Source: the human T2T-CHM13v2.0 reference genome, Homo sapiens
Length of the DNA: 64,000 nt
Strand: one strand, 5' to 3'
Assembly (NCBI RefSeq): GCF_009914755.1
Contig: NC_060934.1
Shown here: positions 1-15,539 of the stretch, piece by piece
How positions within the stretch are numbered: position 1 is the first letter of the stretch
Layout: each line of letters starts with the position of its first letter
Made by a program: the position numbers and the translations under genes
The notes under the pieces: model-generated
Told to the model about the DNA's origin: nothing
The model's input: the letters and a program-made list of their open reading frames with translations, nothing else
Database searches by the model: none

Positions 1-1367
1 AAACATCTGTTTAACAAAGCACATCTTGCACCGCCCTTAATCCATTTAACTCTGAGTGGACACAGCACATGTTTCAGAGAGCACAGGGTTGGGGGTAAGG
101 TCACAGATCAACAGGATCCCAAGGCAGAAGAATTTTTCTTAGTACAGAACAAAATGAAAAGTCTCCCATGTCTACTTCTTTCTACACAGACACGGCAACC
201 ATCCGATTTCTCAATCTTTTCCCCACCTTTCCCCGCTTTCTATTCCACAAAACCGCCATTGTCATCATGGCCCGTTCTCAATGAGCTGTTGGGCACACCT
301 CCCAGACGGGGTGGTGGCCGGGCAGAGGGGCTCCTCACTTCCCAGTAGGGGCGGCCGGGCAGAGGCACCCCTCACCTCCCGGACGGGGCGGCTGGCCGGG
401 CAGGGGGCTGACCCCCCCACCTCCCTCCCGGACGGGGCGGCTGGCCGGGCGGGGGGCTGACCCCCCCCACCTCCCTCCCGGACGGGGTGGCTGCCGGGCG
501 GAGACGCTCCTCACTTCCCAGACTGGGTGGCTGCCGGGCGGAGGGGTTCCTCACTTTTCAGACGGGGCGGCTGCCGGGCGGAGAGGCTCCTCACTTCTCA
601 AACGGGGCGGCTGCCGGGCGGAGGGTCTCCTCACTTATCAGACGGGGCGGCCGGGCAGAGACACTCCTCACCTCCCAGACGGGGTGGCGGCCGGGCAGAG
701 GCGCTCCTCACATCCCAGACAGGGCGGCGGGGCAGAGACGCTCCTCACTTCCTAGATGGGATGGCGGCCGGGAAGAGGTGCTCCTCACTTCCTAGATGGG
801 ATGGCGGCCGGGCAGAGACGCTCCTCACTTTCCAGACTGGGCAGCCAGGCAGAGGGGCTCCTCACATCCCAGACGATGGGCGGCCAGGCAGAGACGCTCC
901 TCACTTCCCAGACGGGGTGGCGGCCGGGCAGAGGCTGCAATCTCAGCACTTTGGGAGGCCAAGGCAGGCGGCTGGGAGGTGGAGGTTGTAGCGAGCCGAG
1001 ATCACGCCACTGCACTCCAGCCTGGGCGCCATTGAGCACTGAGTGAACCAGACTCTGTCTGCAATCCCGGCACCTCGGGAGGCCGAGGCTGGCGGATCAC
1101 TCGCGGTTAGGAGCTGGAGACCAGCCCGGCCAACACAGCGAAACCCCGTCTCCACCAAAAAAATACAAAAACCAGTCAGGCGTGGCGGCGCGCGCCTGCA
1201 ATTGCAGGCACTCCGCAGGCTGAGGCCGGAGAATCAGGCAGGGAGGTTGCAGTGAGCCGAGATGGCAGCAGTATAGTCCAGCTTCGGCTCGGCATGAGAG
1301 GGAGACTGTGGAAAGAGAGGGAGAGGGAGACCATGGGGAGAGGGAGAGGGAGAGGGAGAGGGAGAGG
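1..1367 (-). mobile_element. SVA retrotransposon (SVA_C/D-like); 3' end lies upstream of the window
   Basis: Reverse complement shows the canonical SVA order: (CCCTCT)n hexamer (~1296-1367), Alu-like domain (~930-1295), GC-rich VNTR (~296-930) and SINE-R (1-~295). Flank reads TTTTT|AAAGCAGACGGT on the minus strand, matching an L1 endonuclease site. Confidence 0.97.
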
Positions 1368-1721
1368 ACCGTCTGCTTTAAAAATGGGAAATATCAGTAT
1401 TTGAGGCAATGAAGTCAAAATTGACCTAATGAGATGTTGATACGATTCTTTTCCTGAAGCTTTAATACATTTACATTTTTATTTTTGGAAACTCACTTTC
1501 ATTCTGTACATTTATACTGTACCTATTTTGTGTTGTCAGATGTACGTGTGTGAGTTACTGATTTTCTTCCTCACACATGGAGACACTTGGCAGCCAATCA
1601 GCCCACCAGGAAATAGGTCTGAAGTACTCTCTTAGAATTCAGAAGCACAAGTGGTGCCCCTGACAGCAGCCTAAGTGTGAGTTTCTGAAGTCAGAGCCAA
1701 ATAGGGTTCTGTGCAGCCTGA

Positions 1722-2059
<338 letters not shown>

Positions 2060-2164
2060 TAACTTTGGTTTTAATATTATTTTGCCTTGGCTTCAGGAAA
2101 TGACCAAGAGATGCCTGATTAAGATTATTTTGGAATCATTATAATGGGATGGAGCTTCGAGTAG

Positions 2165-2310
2165 CATTGGACAGGGAGTCAAGGAACCAGGGTTCCTACT
2201 CAAGCTATGCCACTGACTTGCTGGCTTTGTGATCTTTAGCAAGTAACTGTAATTTTCTGAGCATTGCTTTCTCCATCTGTAAATAAGGAATTTTGATTAC
2301 ACATGCATCT
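2165..2310 (+). mobile_element. MIR fragment
   Basis: Degenerate MIR core (GCCACTGACT...TGTGATCTT...TTTCTCCATCTGTAAA). Confidence 0.6.
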
Positions 2311-2329
2311 AAAAATTATTCCATGGCAC

Positions 2330-2915
<586 letters not shown>

Positions 2916-3060
2916 GGATGGATGATTCTTTGGCTTTTCTGAGTTAAATGTCTCAGTGTCCTTGGACAAGGAAGAAGTTAAGTCTCTTTTCAATCATGTT
3001 CTCAGCTTTTTCTCTCCTCTCTTCTCTTCCCCTCTCCTCCAAGTATTAAAACCTAGTTGA

Positions 3061-3400
<340 letters not shown>

Positions 3401-3649
3401 CTAATTGTGGGTCTTTTCCTTTTCCCTGACACACATTCTGCAAGAGAAGACAGATGGCAGGCAGGAGGCAGATTGGAGAGAGGTTCTCAGCATGACTTTT
3501 CTCAAATGTGATGCTCCTCAAGAGAGTCTATATTTGTTATCAAAATGAGCCACGTGCTTGCATGCCACCTTGAATGCTCTCCATTGACATTTGCAACTTG
3601 TTTCTGTGTAATTTTGCAGCCTGGTTCTGCTCAGTTCCAGCAAGGTGAC

Positions 3650-4213
3650 TGTCATTAGGCAGATCTCTTTCCATTACAGGTGACAGAAGCTCAACTCCAA
3701 CTAGCTTAAGCAAAACAAATAAACAAAAACCTCCAGGGCATTTGTTGGCACATGTGCTTGGGAAGTTGAGTCCTGGGTGGGGCTCAAGTCCTACCATCTG
3801 GTGTTTGTCCTTCTCTGTTTCCTGCCTCCTGCTTCCTACAGCTCTTGGCTCTGCTGCTTTCTGAGTGTTGGCCTCTCTCTCCTACTACCGCTCATCCTTC
3901 TCCCCATGACGATAAAGATGGCCAGTGGCTGTGTGTCCTTAAAGTTAGCTATCCCTCAGCAAGAAAGACCACCTCTCCCAGCAGCTGTATGTCAAACATC
4001 ATCAAGGCATGATTCTCATCGGGGCTTGGGTTTTGTGTACACATCTGAAATTGATCGTCATGGACAGGGGTTCACGTTCTGTGCTTCGTGAGATCTGAGT
4101 CCTGTGTGGGTAGCAGGGCCCTGATCAGCAGCCTGGCGTTGTAAGTGGGGTAGGACTATTCTTCAGCAGTGGGAGGGACCCTGGGTGGACTAAAACCACA
4201 CTTACCCACTACA
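3650..4213 (-). mobile_element. Old MaLR LTR (MLT1K/L-like)
   Basis: GTGACAGAAGCTCAACTCCAACTAGCTTAAGCAAAA start and CCCACTACA end, typical of reverse MLT1K/L. Confidence 0.55.
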
Positions 4214-4649
4214 TGCCCTGCCCACTCCCTTTTCCTCCTGGCCAGGGTGCCCTGAGTAGCCTTGGCATGACGTGCCTCACTGTCATCTGACCAATGAGAA
4301 TCATTTGTTCAGAAAACTAAGGTCCATAGAGCAAGGCACAGACCTGTCCCTGGGAGCTCAGTGTCCTGTTGGGAAGGCCGACTCAGAGACAGCTTTCATT
4401 CTTTTGTGTTACTCCGTGCTGAGCTGGTTGGGGCTCACAGCGGCCTCTTTGGACAGGCAGCAGCCTTGCCTCATCTTAACCTGTATTGCCAGGAACCCAG
4501 CAGCCTTCCCACATGAATCAAGTTCATGTTTGTTATCTCAAAGTGCTCCCCACCAGCCTTTAATTTTGGGGGCCTGCTCAGGTGCTGGACTCTGTCCTCC
4601 TTGCTTTCTGTTCGTTAGTTTTTATCTTGTTAATTCCTTTCTGAGTCAG

Positions 4650-4750
4650 GTATTACCAGCCTCTTTTACAGATGGGGAAACTGAGGCTCAGGGTAGAGAA
4701 AGCCTTTGCTGAGGCCCCCCCGCAGGTGAGTGGCAGATCAAGGATGTTGA
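4650..4750 (-). mobile_element. MIR fragment
   Basis: TTTTACAGATGGGGAAACTGAGGCTCAG core. Confidence 0.75.
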
Positions 4751-4761
4751 CCTAAAGTTGG

Positions 4762-5091
4762 TGCTATGGGCCTAATGTTTTTGTGCCCACACAATTCATT
4801 TGTTGAAGCCCTAACCCCCAGTGTGAGGTGGGGCCTCTGGGAGGTGAGTCGGTTAAGATGAGGTCATGAGGATGGGGCCTCCATGATGGGATTAGTGCCT
4901 TTAGAAGAAGAAGAAGAGAGACCAGAGCTCGCTCTCTCTACCACATGAGGACGCAGTAAGAAGGTGGCCTGCACTGAGGAACCAAATGGGCCAGCACCTA
5001 GATATTGGACTTCCTAACTTTTAGACTCACGGGCAATGAATTCCTGCTGTTTCAGCCACCCAGTCTATGGCAGCCTGAGCTGATCAGTACA
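4762..5091 (+). mobile_element. MaLR solo LTR (MLT1A-like)
   Basis: TGCTATGG start, TGTTGAAGCCCTAACCCCCA, GCCACCCAGTCTATGG near the end. Confidence 0.85.
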
Positions 5092-5592
5092 GTCGGAGTT
5101 CTCAACCTCCATTGGAGTGAGTGCCTGGGCTCCACTGTACTAAAAGCAAGTAGTCCTCCTCTGGAAGGGCGTATGCATATTTCCAGGCATTTTGGAGCCT
5201 CCAGGGAAACCCTGGGCCCTGCAGGTTCTTGTCCAGAACCACTGGCCACACGCCCTCTCAGCCGCACTCAATGCCAGGAGACCTCTATGGCTGCTCAGGA
5301 GTGGGTCCCTGCCTGGGGCTGAAGTCCGGGCCCTGGGATCTGCGTTGGGTCCTGCTGTCATGGACTGAGCTGCCTCGGTTCCCTCTTTGGGCCCCACTAA
5401 CAGAGAGGTTCTCTGAGGACCCCCATCCCTTCAGCTGAACCTAAGGCTACCAGGAGACAGAGGGCATCTGTGGCCTCCCCCAGAAGGCTGTCCTGAGGTT
5501 GTGCCCATTGTCTTGGGGAGTTTACTGGAGGAAGCTGCAGGCCTGGACTGTGCAGTCTGATTTCTTTACCTATTTTAGGAACGATGCTGGCT

Positions 5593-5967
<375 letters not shown>

Positions 5968-6192
5968 TCATAACTTGGGTGTTTTCAAGGGTGAGGAAGT
6001 TTAAGTAGTGAAGCCGGTGGGGCTGGCCAAGGGAACCCGCTGTCTAATCCTGTGGCTGGAGGAGGAAGCGGGGAAGGTGGATTCTTCATGGAGTCAAGGA
6101 GGCTTTCACTGCTTTTTCTTATTGCTTCTGCTGATTTCCCACTAGGCTTGGATTTGGCCATTTGCTGGGGTTGGGTGGGTGGGGGGGAAGAG

Positions 6193-6800
<608 letters not shown>

Positions 6801-7909
6801 GTGTTTTGTTGTCTGGCGCTGCTTTAGATGACCCCTGCTGCTGTCAGATTGCCCGTCTGGGAGCTGGGGTCATACTTGTGGGGTCATAACAGGGCCTTGG
6901 GCAGCAGACTCCTCACCGTGGCCAGGCAAGGGATTCCCACCCTGGGTTGGGCAGCCCTCTCCACAGGATGGCAAGGGGCTGGAGGCTCAGCGGACGGGCC
7001 CTGTTTTAGGGATTGAGGACATGGCAGGTAGATAGGCAATAAAAGCACCGAACCAGCCTTAGGTTCTATAGCAAGGAGGTCCAGCACCGCTCGTGGACCC
7101 AAACTGTCCTCCAGGAAAGGCGGGAGGCAGCTTAGGTGACCTCTGCACGTGTTTTCAAAGCTGTGGTTTTGGTTGGGAGTTTCATGCTGGCTCAGCCACA
7201 CAAACAATGACATGGAACAGGGAGGTGCTCCCATGTCAGAAGATGGGTCCTCTCCACCCCAGCTCCTCCACACTCCCCACCCCCCACAGCCCAGCCAGGT
7301 CCAAAACCCTACATGCTGCCTCATAGGAAATGGGGTCCCCTGAGGAGAAGGACAAAAGCAGACAATTCCTGAGGACAAGAGGAAGAGGAGGACGGAGTCT
7401 CCCTTGTTTGTGCTGATTCCCAGTGAGCATCCTCTCTGGAGCCCACTGGGGTTTGGGACTTGCAGGGTGTGTCACTAAATGGCAAGGAACAAGGTAGAGA
7501 CGGCTGGCACTCACTGTCTCTGTTGTGGACACTGGCCTCACCCACAGCTCCATGCACACGCCTAGATGCAGAAATTTTCTGTATTGGTTGTTTATCCATC
7601 ACCAACTTCTAAAGCAGCAGATGGGAAAATGGAATGAACAAAGTCAACTTTAGAACAAGCTTTGTGTTAAATTGAGTACACATAATTCGATTATTTTAAA
7701 AACAAAGCCCAAGCAGTGTTTTTCTGTTTTTTTGCATGCAGTGTTTTCCGGTGTAAAGAGAATTCACTGCCGGAGAAGCCCCAGCTTAGCTTCCTTCTGC
7801 CCCTGGGCAGCCCCGTTGGTTTCAGCAGATGGTCCTGATGTCTGAGGACCTGCCACAGTTTGCGCCAGTCCTTCCTTTTGCTACTTTTGTTGCCCAAGAC
7901 GAGGTGTGA

Positions 7910-8085
7910 TTTAGTGGTTAAATGCCAGAATGCTGGGCTGGCTGGATTTGAACCTTACCTCCTTTGAGATTCAATTAGGATGTGACCTCCGACAGCTTAA
8001 TTTCCCTGAGCCTCTGTGTTTTCATCTGTAAAATGGGTACGATAATAGGGTTGTTGAGATTTGGCAGGTGATAAATGCTGACCAA
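7910..8085 (+). mobile_element. MIR
   Basis: AGTGGTTAA...CTGAGCCTCTGTGTTTTCATCTGTAAAATGGG...GGGTTGTTGAGATT. Confidence 0.75.
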
Positions 8086-8954
8086 GTGTTTGCTGTTGCA
8101 GTAGTTGTTATGGCAGTTGTCGTCACTGTCCCCAATGTCATCACTATCATTCTCGTCATCTCAGGACACTGAGGAAAGGCTGAGCTAGTAATGAATAGGG
8201 TTGGACTGGTGCTGCCTCTTTAGTGCCTAAGAAACGCTACCCTGGCCCTGTCTCCAGGCCTTGATCTCAAGGTGGGATTCATCCATCATCCACCACGGCC
8301 CAGGAGCCAGCTGTCCTCACTTCTGGGGTGACTTGCGAGTAGATAACAAAGGGGGTGCCCTCACCCTGCAGCGGAGTCCCCGTGGGCCTTGGGGCCCAGA
8401 GGGAGATGGTATCTGTTTCCCATGGGCTTCCTGTCACAGGCAGATGACATCTGCTCTCTGCTCAGGGTAGATTTGGGGGCCTCTGCCACTGGCTGACTGG
8501 AACTCTCTTACCTCATTCTAGACTCTTCCAGGCAGCTTTCTGTTTGTTCTCTAACAGAAACATAGAAACAAACCAGCATCTTTTCTAAACAAAGAGGGAC
8601 TTTTCACAGGAAGTTTGATGACCTGACGCGTTCCCCCTGCTTGTTGAAGCACGAGCCTCTTCTCTGACAGTTAGGGTGACTTGCTGGAGAACAAACAATA
8701 GACAATAGTTGTGGCCTACTTCCCGTGAGAAGCAAGAATGGTACAGGTGGATGTTGGGAGCCCCCAAACCCATGGAAGGGGTTTCCTGAGGACGTCCTAT
8801 AGTCCCTGAACATGCAGCCGAGGGTTCCTGGGGTAGCAGCACCCGTGTGGTTAGCCCTGTAATGGGCTCACATTATGAGGCTTCCGTGGGTAGGCCCTGT
8901 TCAGAGAGCTTTGCGTGCTCTCATCCTGGGGAGTCAGGGTTAGGTTTAGGGTCA

Positions 8955-9497
<543 letters not shown>

Positions 9498-9673
9498 TCA
9501 TTGGCATTCAGGGTTGGGCATAAATATTACCTTCTTGGGGGCCTGTTATTTGCATCCTAACTAGCAGGGCTCCTTTGCAGCCCACTGCCAGCCCTGCCAT
9601 TCTTCATCACAGTCCTCTGTTCATCTCTTTGCCACTTGTCACCAAAATGTGTAATTGTACCTTCATTGATGTC

Positions 9674-10016
9674 CAGTCAGCCTTCTGTATCTGCAACTTT
9701 CACATCTGTGGATACAACTGACCGCAGATTGAAAATACTCAGAAATAAAAGGATGCTTGGGTCTGTACTGAACATGTACAAACATTTTCCTTGTCATTAT
9801 TCCCTAAACAATACGTTATAGCAACTGTATACACATAGCACTTACATTGTATTAGGTATTAGAAGTAATCTAGAGATGATGTAAAGTGTATAGGAGGATA
9901 TGCATGGGCTTTATACAAATACTACACCATTTTATATCAGGGACTTGAGCATCCATGGACTTTGCCATCTGAGGGGGGCACCAGAACCAATCCCCTAAGA
10001 AACCAGGGGACAATTG
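9674..10016 (-). mobile_element. MER2 (TcMar-Tigger)
   Basis: Reverse complement of MER2 (GGGACTTGAGCATCC, GAACCAATCCCC, TCATTATTCCCTAAACAATAC). Confidence 0.9.
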
Positions 10017-11149
10017 TTCACCTCCATGACAGGCCCATAAGCTGCTCTGTGCAGGTGCAGGTCTGTCATGCGGCCCACAGCCCTCTCTGCAGAAGACCCT
10101 CAAATGCTGGGGGAATGCACAAATTAGCTGGGGGGCAGTCTCTAGGAGATTTTCAGCAGTTTCTCCTGAGAGGTGTGAAGCTGAGAGTTAAGTAGGGTTT
10201 TGTAGGTGTAACAATAGGCATTTTCCTTCCAGCAGCTCAAACTGCAGTGTGCTTGGCACGTTAGTGCAAAGGAAAAAAACTCACTTCATTCTTAAGAAAG
10301 CTCTGGAAATTTCATCTGTGTTTGAGTGAGTTGGCATGCTGGGCCCCTGGCGGAACACAAATGTGGAATTTGAACTCTACCCTACCTCAGAGAGCAAGGC
10401 TGAAGCGATAGGATGAAATGCATTTAAATGTCATGAGTGTTATTATTAGTCGTAATCTTATCTTTGTTAATAATAATAACAGGACCCGCCTAGAAGTGAC
10501 TGAATAGCAGACCGGGCTTTCGTAAGTAAGCTCACACTGTCAGATAGCACCAGGACCTGGGGTGGCGCCGGCGCCGTTAGGGAGGGAGTGTTCACCGGAA
10601 ACCTGCCCGGGCCACACGTGTACAGCCACATCCTCCACGCCCTTTGGGCGCTGGTCATTCAGAGAGGCCCTCTCAGACACGCCTGGCCTCTTTAGAGGCT
10701 CTCTCATCCCCTCGAGCTGCCAACACAATCAAGGGTCTGCAGGTTTGGGAACTCCAAGGCAGTTTCTCTTTACCAAGTTCTCTGCATAGCCTTTTGCCTT
10801 CTATTGTTTGCTGTCCCAGAGACTGGCTGAAACAATGTGTTTCCTACAGATTTTGTTTGCCTGCATTGACTTCTTTGTTTAGCTCTAGTAAACAGACATT
10901 TAGCATATACAGATCTGCACACTTGACAAAGAGGAATTTGGAGCCCTGGACGGGGTGGCTGCACTGAGTCACCAGCTCCTTGAACCTGAAGACCTTGGAT
11001 GGTCCGGAGCTCGTAAATGACTCACCCCATCAGTGCTGGGCTGGTGTGTGCGGGGTTTTGTCGCCACCTTTGGCAATGGAAGAGGGGAACGTGGGGCCTT
11101 TGACTCGTCAGGGAAAAACAGGTGTGTGAGCACTAGGTTGGTGACGAGG

Positions 11150-11345
11150 TTTAGCAGCAGGTGGACTCTGGAGCGTGACTCTGGAGTTGCCAGTCCCAGC
11201 TCCAGCACTTTGATTAGCTGTGTGACGTTGGGGAAGTTGCTTGCCTAATATGTGTGTGTTTCCTCATCTGTGAAGACAGCACTAACCTCGTAGGTACTCG
11301 GGAGGCTGAAGGAGTTCATCTGTGGAAATCATTTGGCATGATGCC
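11150..11345 (+). mobile_element. MIR
   Basis: TAGCTGTGTGACGTTGGGGAAGTTGCTT...TTTCCTCATCTGTGAA. Confidence 0.7.
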
Positions 11346-11604
11346 TACTCTTATTCCTTGTCTGTGGGGCCCTGTTTTGTGGGCTTGCCACAGTCTCATG
11401 ACTCTGCTGGGAAGAGCCTTCCTGCGGGCCCCCTTGAGCTAGGAATAGAACCTGGATTTCTGGCCCTGTAGGCTGACGCGGCCCTCCTAGATGTAGTGGT
11501 GATGCCCCGTTCAGCAGAGATGGTTCCAAATGTTCTGAACTTCTGCCTTGTATGGGACCCTGTGCCGGCTGAATCGCATGGTAGCTCAGGGCATAGATGC
11601 TAAA

Positions 11605-12135
<531 letters not shown>

Positions 12136-13202
12136 AGAGGTTTTGCCCTGACCCATGAGCTGAGCATTGGAAATACCACAGAATCTGGAGTGGGGAGCAG
12201 AGGAGGTGTCATGGTCCTTAAGGCCTGACCTGTCAGATATTCACAGTTGTCTGTGTCACTTGTTCTCGCATTGATAGACCTGGAGGGACAGGGAGGCCAG
12301 CCCGTTGTGGAGGGGCCTCCGCAGGCTGAGGGTTGATTCTGGCTCTGAGCAGGCTTCAAGCAGAAGCTGGCTAGCCCCTTGGCAGGGAGGTGGCAGTCCC
12401 TCTCTGACGCCTTCCAAGTCCTCCCCAGTCCTTCTAGGATTCTTTTACGGAACCAAAGATAATAGTCCCCTTTGATACCACATACAAGCCAGTCGTATTC
12501 CATGCCTCGGAATATGAACAAAACCAGACCGGCGATGGCTTAAGCCTCATTGAGAGGCCCATTTGGATAGCAGGAGATTACATGGGGTCATGAGTAGACA
12601 GAATGTGGATTTCCAGAAGGTGCCTCGGCAGCTCCACTGTAGGCATAAAGCAGGTGATTTTGAGATGTGTCCACTGGCACCTGTTCTGAGGCTGGTGGTG
12701 TCGGGGGTTGTGGTCATCACAGGTTGCATTAAAAGGGGGCTTTGATGGGGTCTTTTCCAGATGGAGCTGCTTTGTGGGATTCTGCTGCCCTGCCTTGGGA
12801 TAGCAGGTCAGCAGAGGGTGAGCTCAGGAGCTGCAGGCTACGTGTGACGTTTAAAACATATTCTACATAAACTCATCCATGATCTATTCATGGTGTAATG
12901 GATGTCTGGGGCAGGGTGCTAGCTTCAGACGCTCCAGCCCAGGCTTTCTCAAGCCCTCCCAAGGTGCTGAGACATTTGGCACCCTCAGGCCACAAGTGTG
13001 GATGGGCCGCGGCTTTGACCCACAGGGGAACTCATCTCCCCAAGCTTTGTCCCCATGGGTCACCTACTTTGCAACCCTAGTTTCGTGATTTGGTTAATGG
13101 TGTTTAAGTGGCTGAGCCATGTATCTGGGGTTTTTCAGTGCCGTCACTATTATTTCTTGTTGAGATTTTTGCACAGTCTCCTTCCCTCAATCCTATGTGT
13201 TC

Positions 13203-13462
<260 letters not shown>

Positions 13463-14374
13463 TATGTATTCTTTTAAACTTCAGCTCATTAGAGCTGGGT
13501 TTGTGTCATAAGTGAGAGAGCCCTGAGGTGCTTGGTTTGAAGCAAAGCTTGGTTAGCCATCAGCATCTGATTGGAGACTGGTCCCAACCCACCCATGCCG
13601 CTGAGGAGGGGACATGGGTGCTGGCCAGCACCGAGATTAGAACACTGACCCGGTGACATGGGAGACTGTGGTTTCCCTCATGGTACAGAAACATAAACCA
13701 TACTTGTTTTTGAGATGTCTGACCCTGACAAGACTGGGAAATAGAGCTAGCGACTGATAAGTGTTCAGGGGTGGGGCTGCATGTGGGCATTGTAGGAAAA
13801 GCGCACTGGCGAGAGGCGTACAGAGGGATCCCAGGCGTTAGCTTCCATTCCCAGCTTCTGTAGGGCACTTACCTGTGCTTCCTTCAGAAGGTGACCAACC
13901 AGTGAACTCTGCATGTTACCTTGGCCTTGTATAGGGTGGCTGGGTCGTCAGAAACCTGGGAGGCTCTGGACAGTTGACTTTACTTGGCTGTTCTTTGGTG
14001 TTTGTTCCATTCAGTGATGCTGCTGTGCCTCTTGAGGTGCAGGTGCAGGCTGGGTATTTCTCCCTCTAGACTGTTGCCCACAGCTGGAGGCAAAGGGAGT
14101 CCATTCATTTTTGCCTGTTGAATGAAGTTAGAGTTTTCGGTTTCTCTGTCCCCTTAGCTGAGGGGCTTTCACATCCTTTAAGAGAGCTGGCGCCCTCTGG
14201 GTGGAACACTGATCGGGAAGTCAGCACCCAGGGGTTCCAGCCTTGGTTCCACCTCTCACTGGGTGGCCTGGGGCACTTGTGGCCTGTAAGTACCTATTGT
14301 TATGAGAGAGTTGCTGTGCAAACAAAGACCCTTTTAGTTTAAACCTTCTTGGAGACAGCAATTTTGCAAAGCAG

Positions 14375-14550
14375 TAAGAACCTGGGATTTGAATTATGGT
14401 TTAGCCACAAGCTAGCTTCCTAAGCACTCAGCTTCCTCACCTGTAAAATGAGCTCATGATAGACCCAGCCTCTCTGGGTTTGGGGAAGATTGAGAGCATG
14501 CAGGCCCAGGAGCATGGTTCCTGGCACATGGGCTCAGCTTCGTAGGTGGT
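14375..14550 (+). mobile_element. MIR
   Basis: ACCTGGGATTTGAAT...CTCAGCTTCCTCACCTGTAAAATGAG...CCTGGCACAT. Confidence 0.65.
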
Positions 14551-15002
14551 GGCTCCTCTATTACTACCCTCATGAGTGTGATGGTTTTATTACCACCAGA
14601 GTGAAGTTCCTGACTGTGAGGTTTCAGACGGGATAAGCGCCTGGAGTAAAGTGTCAGGGCACATGGTTGATCAGTATCTTGGGTTTCTCCTCTCCAAGCA
14701 GTGACCTGGACTTGACCTACTAGAAATGGGATCAGGTCTCCAGAGAGAGGAACCACCTTGGCTCTTTGACCTCGGTCAGGCTTGGATACCGGGCCTCCAG
14801 GTGAAAGCCTCAGGTGCTGTTATCACTTCCTGAGACAGCCAGTCCTCTCACTTCTGTGTTTCCTTTATTACACTTTACTATGAAGGAGAATTGATACAGA
14901 GGAAGAAAAACATACAGTGAACCCTTTATTTCGTATGATAAATGATGATTTTTGGAACTGGGGTCCAGTCTGAATTCTCTAAGGCATGCTTGTGCGTGTG
15001 CA

Positions 15003-15004
<2 letters not shown>

Positions 15005-15070
<66 letters not shown>
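15005..15070. repeat. Compound microsatellite (CT)14(CG)2(CA)17
   Basis: Read directly. Confidence 0.98.
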
Positions 15071-15075
<5 letters not shown>

Positions 15076-15454
15076 ATGGTTTTAAAGTCATGACATACTG
15101 TGCTTTTGGCTGCTGCTGTTTCTGACTGATGACCCCAATGAGACTCCAAAAAATTAGATGGGTGCGTTTGGAAGGCATTCAGAAATTACTCATTGGAAGA
15201 AAAATGCAGCGTTTGGAGGAAGGGGAGGGCTGAGCATGTGTAAAAATGAGTGTTATGCGCTTAGTGTTCCGAATTCAGCATCAGTGAGGAAAGGGAGGGC
15301 CGCAGGAGTTTGGGGACCGTCTCGCTAAGCAATACTGCAAACACAGACAGTGACCCGATTTTCCATAGCTGTGCTAGCTCCTCAGGAGGTTTTGAGAATC
15401 CCCCTCATTTGGGTTTGAAGGAGGTCTCAGTGTCCTTCCTCCTCTGTTTGCCAG

Positions 15455-15533
15455 ATTAAAGTTTCATACCTCAGAGCTGGGATACGCTGGGTTTTGATTG
15501 TAAAGGCATGCAGCTCAGACTCTGTTGTAAATG
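15455..15533 (+). other. Candidate 79-nt exon (non-coding/UTR or cryptic)
   Basis: Acceptor TGTCCTTCCTCCTCTGTTTGCCAG| and donor ATG|GTGAGT. No transcript evidence available. Confidence 0.3.
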
Positions 15534-15539
15534 GTGAGT

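Noticed and set aside
154-1418. Overlapping ORFs of 60-154 aa
   Set aside because: They are translations of the GC-rich SVA VNTR and Alu-like domains, which lack stops by composition.
8934-8951. Telomere-like TCAGGG TTAGGT TTAGGG next to a TSD-less Alu
   Set aside because: Only one perfect TTAGGG unit; compatible with chance.
12761-12817. Possible 57-nt in-frame exon (MELLCGILLPCLGIAGQQR) with TTTTCCAG acceptor and GTGAGC donor
   Set aside because: Short pyrimidine tract, no recognisable protein and no partner exons; such pseudo-exons are common.
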